A DNA stretch of 64,000 bases from the NCBI GenBank assembly GCA_050950165.1, contig JBMNHC010000001.1, positions 191,151-255,150 of the forward strand, in the 5' to 3' direction. Below are positions 57,917 through 64,000 of the stretch, in pieces. This DNA is from Candidatus Dojkabacteria bacterium (GTDB lineage Bacteria; Patescibacteriota; Dojkabacteria; SC72). Below the pieces are notes generated by a model. That model did not search any database and was not told the origin of the DNA. It saw only the letters and a program-made list of their open reading frames with translations. The position numbers and the translations under genes were made by a program. Numbering within the stretch: the first letter of the stretch is position 1; the number at the start of each line of letters is the position of its first letter.

Positions 57917-60040
57917 TTAATCTAGAGTATCTACTGAGATAGTGCCATTTGGTTCCTCACCATTGTTCTCTGCTCTTTTAATACTAAGTTTCAATCTCCC
58001 TAGTTTGTCTTTCTCCAATATCTTAACTTTAACAGTATCACCCACCTTTAAGAATTTGTTTACATCTTTAACAAACTCATCTGTAATCTCAGAGACATGT
58101 ACTAGTCCAGATACATTAGGAGCAATATCTACAAATGCACCATATTCCATAATTGAAACAACCCTACCTTCGTACGTTTCTCCTACGATAGGGACAAAGC
58201 TTAAACCTTTGATATACTTTAAAGCCTCATCTATGGAAGTCTGATCTGAAGAGTAAATATTTACAGTACCATCCTCTTCTACAGATATCTCTGCACCTGT
58301 TCTCTCTGTTAAATCTCTAATATTTTTACCACCTGGCCCTATTAACTCACCAATCTTGTCTACAGGGATTTTCTCTCTAGCAACCTTAGGTGCATACTTA
58401 GATATCTCAGATCTGGATTCTTTAATAACTCCTGCCATTACAGATATTACTTTCTCTCTAGCAATCTTAGATTTCTCAAATGTAGCCTTTACAATCTCCA
58501 TGCTTAATCCTGCAATCTTGTTATCCATCTGAACAGCAGTAATACCATCTCTGGTACCTGTTATTTTAAAATCCATATCTCCATAGAAATCCTCTACTCC
58601 CTGCATATCTGTCAATATATGGAAAGAACCTCCATCTTCTACTACTAACCCTGAAGCGATACCTCCCACTATTTTTCTAATCGGTACTCCTGCTGCCATT
58701 AGTGCTAAAGAAGAACCACATGCAGAAGCCATTGAACTAGAACCATTCTCTCCCTGTATCTCTGACATTACTAAAATTGTATATGGAAAATCACTCTCTG
58801 AAGGAATAACTGGAATAAGAGCTTTCTCTGCTAACATTCCATGTCCTACAGCTCTTCTACTTGGATTAAGCCTAACCCTATCTGCTTCACCATATGCAAA
58901 AGGTAGATCATTGTAGTAGTGCATATATCTTTTCTCTTTCTCACCCAACATATCATCTACTAACTTTGCATCTTTCAAACTACCTAATGTTGCGATAGAG
59001 AGAACTTGAGTAATACCTCTAGTAAAGAGACCAGAACCGTGAACTCTAGGGAGCAAATCTATCTCAGCTTCCATTTCACGAATCTCATCTAAGCCTCTTC
59101 CATCAACTCTCTTACCCTTCTCTACAACATATTCCCTTAATGCCTTTTTCTGTAATCTATCATATGCTTCAACAATATCTGATTTAGAATATTTACCCTC
59201 AAAATTCTTAAAAGCCTCTTCCTTAGTAGCCTCATGCTTCTCTTTCTCTCCTGCCAAAAGATTCTCAAGAACTTTCTCTCCTAAAAATTCCGAAAGTTCT
59301 GAAACAAGACTCTCCTCAATACTAAATGGAGTATATTCCTTGTTCTTCTTTTCTAGCATATCAATAAATATATTCTGATTCTTAATCCACTCTTTCATCT
59401 CTGAAAGACTTAGCTCCATAGCTTCTAATACTTTCTCTTCAGGAATTTCATAACAACCTGCATCAATCATTGTAAAAAGTTCTCCATCTCCACCAACAAC
59501 ATAGTTCATCTTTTCTTCTTCAGATACATCCTCCATACTCTTGTACAAAGGAACTATCTTCCCATCTACAATTCCCATTCTTACTCCAGCAACTGGTCCA
59601 TTGAAAGGCGCAGAGGAGTTAAGTAGTGCAACAGAAGCAGCATTGATTGCTAAAAGAACAGGATCATTTTCCTCATCATATGACATTACTGTCACTATTA
59701 AACTTACTTCGTTTCTGTAATCCTCTGGGAATCTAGAACGAATAGCTCTATCTATCATTCTTGCTTTAAGTACTGCATCATCACTAGGAAATCTCTCTAT
59801 CTTTACAAACCTAGAACCACTAATCTTTCCTGAAGCATAAAATCTCTCTATATATTCAACAGAGAGTGGGAAGTAATCAACATCTCCCTGTGCAGGAGAT
59901 GTATTTACATTAACCTCTACAACAGTATCTCCCATCTTAGCTAATATTGCAGACTCAGACTTTAGAGCTAGTTTACCAGTTTCGAAAGAACACTTTCTTC
60001 CATCTATCTCAAACTCATGTATTTTGTGATTAAAAAGCAT
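57917..60040 (-). CDS. pnp: Polyribonucleotide nucleotidyltransferase
   Basis: FPLSVEY, HGSGLFTRG, NGSSSMAS, EDFYGDMDFK, KH and S1 domains. Confidence 0.97.
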   Translation of the reverse strand: MLFNHKIHEFEIDGRKCSFETGKLALKSESAILAKMGDTVVEVNVNTSPAQGDVDYFPLSVEYIERFYASGKISGSRFVKIERFPSDDAVLKARMIDRAIRSRFPEDYRNEVSLIVTVMSYDEENDPVLLAINAASVALLNSSAPFNGPVAGVRMGIVDGKIVPLYKSMEDVSEEEKMNYVVGGDGELFTMIDAGCYEIPEEKVLEAMELSLSEMKEWIKNQNIFIDMLEKKNKEYTPFSIEESLVSELSEFLGEKVLENLLAGEKEKHEATKEEAFKNFEGKYSKSDIVEAYDRLQKKALREYVVEKGKRVDGRGLDEIREMEAEIDLLPRVHGSGLFTRGITQVLSIATLGSLKDAKLVDDMLGEKEKRYMHYYNDLPFAYGEADRVRLNPSRRAVGHGMLAEKALIPVIPSESDFPYTILVMSEIQGENGSSSMASACGSSLALMAAGVPIRKIVGGIASGLVVEDGGSFHILTDMQGVEDFYGDMDFKITGTRDGITAVQMDNKIAGLSMEIVKATFEKSKIAREKVISVMAGVIKESRSEISKYAPKVAREKIPVDKIGELIGPGGKNIRDLTERTGAEISVEEDGTVNIYSSDQTSIDEALKYIKGLSFVPIVGETYEGRVVSIMEYGAFVDIAPNVSGLVHVSEITDEFVKDVNKFLKVGDTVKVKILEKDKLGRLKLSIKRAENNGEEPNGTISVDTLD

Positions 60041-60129
60041 AAATAAAAAACTTTAAATTATAAATAAGGGATATACCCTTTGTACTTTGAAGTTATAACA
60101 GGAGAGAGAAAAAAAAGAAAGATTTTTAT

Positions 60130-60393
60130 CTATACTTTTATTTTCTTTAACAAAGCTTCATATCTCTCAGACTCGTTACTTTGAAGATATTGAAGTAATC
60201 TTCTTCGCTTACCAACTTTCTGAAGTAAACCCTTTCTAGAATGATTATCCTTCTTATGATCTTTCAAATGTTCAGTTAGCTTAAGAATCTCCTCAGTTAA
60301 GATAGCAATCTGAACTTCAGGAGAACCTGTATCCCCCTCATGAAGGGCATACTCTTTAACAATCTTTGACTTTTCTTCTCTACTTAGCGACAT
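60130..60393 (-). CDS. rpsO: 30S ribosomal protein S15
   Basis: [24 protein letters not shown]. Confidence 0.98.
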   Translation of the reverse strand: MSLSREEKSKIVKEYALHEGDTGSPEVQIAILTEEILKLTEHLKDHKKDNHSRKGLLQKVGKRRRLLQYLQSNESERYEALLKKIKV

Positions 60394-60455
60394 ATATTCT
60401 AGATTAGCATTATGTAAATATTTTTACAATACTGGTTTTAAACAACACAAAGCCT

Positions 60456-60484
60456 ATTTTATATCCTTATGGGCTATCTGTCAA
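60456..60484 (-). promoter_or_regulatory. Sigma70-type promoter of rpsO
   Basis: TTGACA-17 bp-TAAAAT. Confidence 0.75.
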
Positions 60485-60492
60485 CTTGTCCA

Positions 60493-62043
60493 CTATCTAA
60501 TTACCTTGTAACAGTAAAGCTCGTCTCCCTCCTGAGCATCTACCTGTGGAGTAAGAAACACCCCACACTCCTCACCCTGCTTTGCTTCGGATATTACATC
60601 TTTATTCTTTTTTAATGACTTAATCTTCCCCTCCCCAATTATTTCATCATTCCTAACTACATAGCATTTACAATCTCTCTTCAATATACCCTCTTTAACT
60701 CTACTACCTAATATAACTGAACCATCAGAGAGAGTAAAAATCACTTTAATAACGGCATTCCCTATCTCCTCTTCTGCCTGCTCTGGTGTAGATACCATCT
60801 CTAATGCTTCTTCCACCTCTTCAATTAGTTTGTAGATTACAGAGTAGTTTCGAAGTAAAACACCACTATTCCTAGCAATATCTTCTACTCCTCGTTCACT
60901 ACCTACTTCAAAACCTAAAAGAATAGCTTTAGAAAGTCTTGCCATCTCTACATCTTTGAGAGTAATATCTCCAACACCACTAGAGATGATATTAACTGTA
61001 AAATCCTCACGCTTTAACTTAGAGAGAGCCTTCTCAATAGCTTCTAATGAACCCTCTGAAGAACTTTTAAGAAGTACATTTAAAGAATTATCCCTCTCTT
61101 CTTTTTCATTCTTAAAAAGATCTTCAAAAAAATCATCTTCTACAAGTGATGTCTCTTCCTCTACTGTCTCTTCACTATACATAGAAGAGAGTAAAGAAGG
61201 GTCATTCTTTTCCAAAATATATACTTCTGATCCTACTGGAAGTAGTTCAGAAAGACCAATAACTCTACCTCCAAAACCACAAGAAAGTGCAGAAATATTC
61301 TCGTTATCTTCAGAAACAATACCCTTTACCCTCTCTACTTTAATTTTTCCCTCTGATTGATACCCTATCCAAGAACCTTTGCATAGGTCTCCAGAAGTAA
61401 GTACTAAAGAAGAGATATTCCCTCTAGAATGATCTTTTATTGATTCTAAAACATACGCCTTAGCAACAATACCCTTAGGTAATTTTTCTCTCTCTTGTAA
61501 CCCTTCAACTTCAGCAACAAGAGATATTAAATCTAGAAGTTCAGATACCCCTTTACCTGTCTTAGCAGATATCTCTACTACAGGTATATTACCTCCCATA
61601 CCCTCTATCAACAATCCGTTATTAACCAGATCTCTCTTTATCTTCTCAAGATTAATATCTGGTAAATCTATTTTGTTAATAGCGACAATGGGCTTAGCAG
61701 TAGAGTTGTTAATAATCTCTATAGATTCGATCGTTTGAGGCTTTACACCATCATTTGCTGCAACAACAAGAACTACAATATCCGCAATACTCCCACCTCT
61801 TAGTCTCATTAAATCAAAAGCTTCATGACCAGGTGTATCTATAAAGGTAATCTTTTTTGAATCTCCAGTAGGTACAGTAAATATGGAGATCTTTTGAGTA
61901 ATACCACCTTCCTCGCAACTTTGGATATTACTTTTTCTAATGTAGTCTAAAAGAGAGGTTTTACCATGATCAACATGACCCAAGATAGCGACAACTGGGA
62001 CTCTTTCAACAACCATATTTTGTTTCTTACTCTTTCGACTCAT
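60493..62043 (-). CDS. infB: Translation initiation factor IF-2 (short, no N-terminal domain)
   Basis: GHVDHGKTS, GGITQ, DTPGHEAF, NKID, ISAKTG. Confidence 0.96.
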   Translation of the reverse strand: MSRKSKKQNMVVERVPVVAILGHVDHGKTSLLDYIRKSNIQSCEEGGITQKISIFTVPTGDSKKITFIDTPGHEAFDLMRLRGGSIADIVVLVVAANDGVKPQTIESIEIINNSTAKPIVAINKIDLPDINLEKIKRDLVNNGLLIEGMGGNIPVVEISAKTGKGVSELLDLISLVAEVEGLQEREKLPKGIVAKAYVLESIKDHSRGNISSLVLTSGDLCKGSWIGYQSEGKIKVERVKGIVSEDNENISALSCGFGGRVIGLSELLPVGSEVYILEKNDPSLLSSMYSEETVEEETSLVEDDFFEDLFKNEKEERDNSLNVLLKSSSEGSLEAIEKALSKLKREDFTVNIISSGVGDITLKDVEMARLSKAILLGFEVGSERGVEDIARNSGVLLRNYSVIYKLIEEVEEALEMVSTPEQAEEEIGNAVIKVIFTLSDGSVILGSRVKEGILKRDCKCYVVRNDEIIGEGKIKSLKKNKDVISEAKQGEECGVFLTPQVDAQEGDELYCYKVIR

Positions 62044-62058
62044 ATATATATTTTAAAA

Positions 62059-63204
62059 CTATTCTTTAGAAGAATCTTCTACAACATCTTCTTCTGTTTT
62101 ATCTGCATACTCTTCTACTGCATCAGTAGCTTTAGTATCTACTACCTCTTCTCCTCCAATATTCACAATATCTATCTTTATACCTGTTAGTTTCCATGCT
62201 AATCTAACATTCTGTCCATCTCTACCAATAGCTAAAGAGAGCTGATCTGCATCACACTCTACTGTTGCAACATCATCAGAGATTTTAACAGACTCTACCT
62301 TAGCAGGGCTCAGTGCTTTTGCAACAAAATTCTCCAACTCCTCATCCCATTCTATAATATCAATCTTCTCTTCTCCTAACTCATTCATTACATTAGCAAT
62401 ACGAATACCTCTTTGACCAACACATGAGCCAATTGGATCTATACCCTCTTGGTGAGATACTACAGCAATCTTACTTCTAGAACCAGCCTCTCTTGCAACT
62501 GCCTTAATCTCTACAACACCAGACTCTATCTCAGGAACTTCTAATTTGAATAGTTCAATAAGGAATTGAGGATCTGATCTAGATATTAAGATTTGAGAAT
62601 CGTCAATACTCTTCAAAAGCACCTTATACCTCTCTCCTACCCTATAGAATTCATTTGCTATCTGCTCCTCAGGTGGCATAAATGCAGTAGCTTTCCCTAT
62701 CTCCATTACTGCAGAACCCTTCTGCATCCTCTGCATCAATGCTGTATATACTTCTCCTACCTTATCACTAAATTCACTAATAACTGCATCCTTTTCAGAC
62801 TCCCTTATCTTTTGCAAAAGGACCTGTTTGGCTGTCTGAGTAGCAATCCTACCTAAATCATCGGAAGGCATCTCTATCTGCACAGAGTCTCCAATCTCCA
62901 CATTAGGAGAGATTAACTCTGCCTCACTCAACGCTATCTCTGTATCTGCATCTTTTACTTTTTTAACAACCGTCTTTGAAGCAAAGAGCTTAAATTCTCC
63001 ACTCTCTCTATCTACCTCTGCAAACAAATTCTCTCCAACTTTCTCATCCGTTTCTTCGTTCTCCTTTTCTACTCTTCCATACTTCTCTTTTTTAACAGCA
63101 CTAAGAATAGCAGACTCTAAAGCAAGAAATACCTCCTCCTTATCTATTCCTCTCTCTGCTGCAATCTGATTAATAGCTGAAACTAATTCTGATGTTATAG
63201 CCAT
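62059..63204 (-). CDS. nusA: Transcription termination/antitermination factor NusA
   Basis: GRIATQTAKQV, LEVPEI, REAGSRSK, CVGQRG, LAIGRDGQNVRLA. Confidence 0.97.
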   Translation of the reverse strand: MAITSELVSAINQIAAERGIDKEEVFLALESAILSAVKKEKYGRVEKENEETDEKVGENLFAEVDRESGEFKLFASKTVVKKVKDADTEIALSEAELISPNVEIGDSVQIEMPSDDLGRIATQTAKQVLLQKIRESEKDAVISEFSDKVGEVYTALMQRMQKGSAVMEIGKATAFMPPEEQIANEFYRVGERYKVLLKSIDDSQILISRSDPQFLIELFKLEVPEIESGVVEIKAVAREAGSRSKIAVVSHQEGIDPIGSCVGQRGIRIANVMNELGEEKIDIIEWDEELENFVAKALSPAKVESVKISDDVATVECDADQLSLAIGRDGQNVRLAWKLTGIKIDIVNIGGEEVVDTKATDAVEEYADKTEEDVVEDSSKE

Positions 63205-63241
63205 GATTAATACAATGAAAACAAATTAAAATATCTTTACT

Positions 63242-63319
63242 AAAAAAAAGGTGAGACCTTAGCCCCACCCTCTCCTTATAACTTCACTCTGTTATACCAA
63301 AAAATTTCAAGAATGTAAA
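63242..63319 (-). promoter_or_regulatory. nusA promoter and leader terminator-like hairpin
   Basis: TTTACA-17 bp-TATAAC, then GGTGGGGC-TAAG-GTCTCACC-T8 before nusA. Confidence 0.65.
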
Positions 63320-63321
63320 CC

Positions 63322-64000
63322 TTACATATCACTTAGTCTTTCCCACAGCTCTTTCTCTTCCCTAGATATCCTCTCTGGAATCTTTACATCAATACGAACA
63401 TAAAGGTCTCCTTTGGACTTAGGTTTGTTTAGCACAGGAGCACCATATCCTTTAACTCTAAATACTGTAGAAGGTTGAGTACCCTTTGGGATTTTTAATT
63501 TAACAGTTCCATCTACAGCTTCAACTTTAACCTCTCCACCCAATACTGCTGTATGTACAGGAATCTCCTCTATCGAGTAAAGATCATTTCCTCTCCTTTC
63601 GAACTTACTAGAAGGTTCAACCTCAATCTCTATGTATAAATCTCCATATTCTCCACCTACCTCTCCTGCATTACCACCCTCTCTAAATCTTAAAACCATA
63701 CCATCATAAACCCCCTCTGGAATCTTTACCTTAAGCTTCTCTTCTTTAGCCTCTAAGCCTAAACCATTACAGTAAGAACAAACCTTCTCAGGCACAGTAC
63801 CTATCCCTTTACACTTAGAACATTCAGCCATTACTGTAATCTGACCTAAGAAACTACTCTGAACTTTTCTCTCTCTACCACTCCCTTTGCAAACATCACA
63901 CGTCTTTCTTTCTCCTCCCTCACTACCACTACCTTTACAGTGCGAACATCTAATATTTCTCCTTACCTTGATCTCGTACTCTCCACCATGCATAGCTTCC
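63322..64000 (-). CDS. dnaJ: Chaperone DnaJ (3' part; runs off the window)
   Basis: Four CxxCxGxG repeats, KIPEGV, GDLYI, IPKGTQ. Confidence 0.93.
   Translation of the reverse strand, partial: EAMHGGEYEIKVRRNIRCSHCKGSGSEGGERKTCDVCKGSGRERKVQSSFLGQITVMAECSKCKGIGTVPEKVCSYCNGLGLEAKEEKLKVKIPEGVYDGMVLRFREGGNAGEVGGEYGDLYIEIEVEPSSKFERRGNDLYSIEEIPVHTAVLGGEVKVEAVDGTVKLKIPKGTQPSTVFRVKGYGAPVLNKPKSKGDLYVRIDVKIPERISREEKELWERLSDM

Noticed and set aside
1-64000. CRISPR array, rRNA, prophage, introns or inteins
   Set aside because: No periodic repeat-spacer pattern, rRNA signature, phage genes or large insertions in conserved genes were seen.

Overview
AT-rich bacterial chromosome segment with Patescibacteria (CPR) hallmarks: no uL30 gene in the spc cluster, short IF-2, alpha2-type GlyRS, archaeal-like UMP kinase and mostly SD-less starts. 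Dojkabacteria/WS6 or a Microgenomates relative is my inference, not a search result. It is mostly housekeeping: lysS, glyQS, trmD, hup, rny, tgt/queA, fmt, rnpB, the fusA-tuf-S10-spc-alpha cluster, pcrA, rsmE, pnp, rpsO, infB, nusA and a partial dnaJ. There is also a small accessory block next to tRNA-Glu (5.1-9.6 kb) and a co-oriented cell-envelope gene block (46-56 kb). The most unusual signal centres on a RAYT/Y1 HUH endonuclease gene (15877-16311) bracketed by GT(A/G)G-led 22-bp inverted repeats. Around it the DNA is extremely strand-asymmetric (+ strand C/A-rich, G/T-poor) over roughly 14-19.5 kb, fading to the right. The polarity flips locally around the oppositely oriented right repeat, even within the tgt coding sequence. 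This resembles a ssDNA deamination gradient tied to the element and has visibly reshaped the neighbouring proteins. Other notable points: altered G4 motifs in both EF-G (NKIN) and EF-Tu (NKFG), rpmC replaced by a promoter-like spacer, a reduced RNase P RNA, near-absence of TGA stops, and a transglutaminase-like gene split at a (TA)n tract. All calls come from reading the sequence by eye; counts are hand counts.
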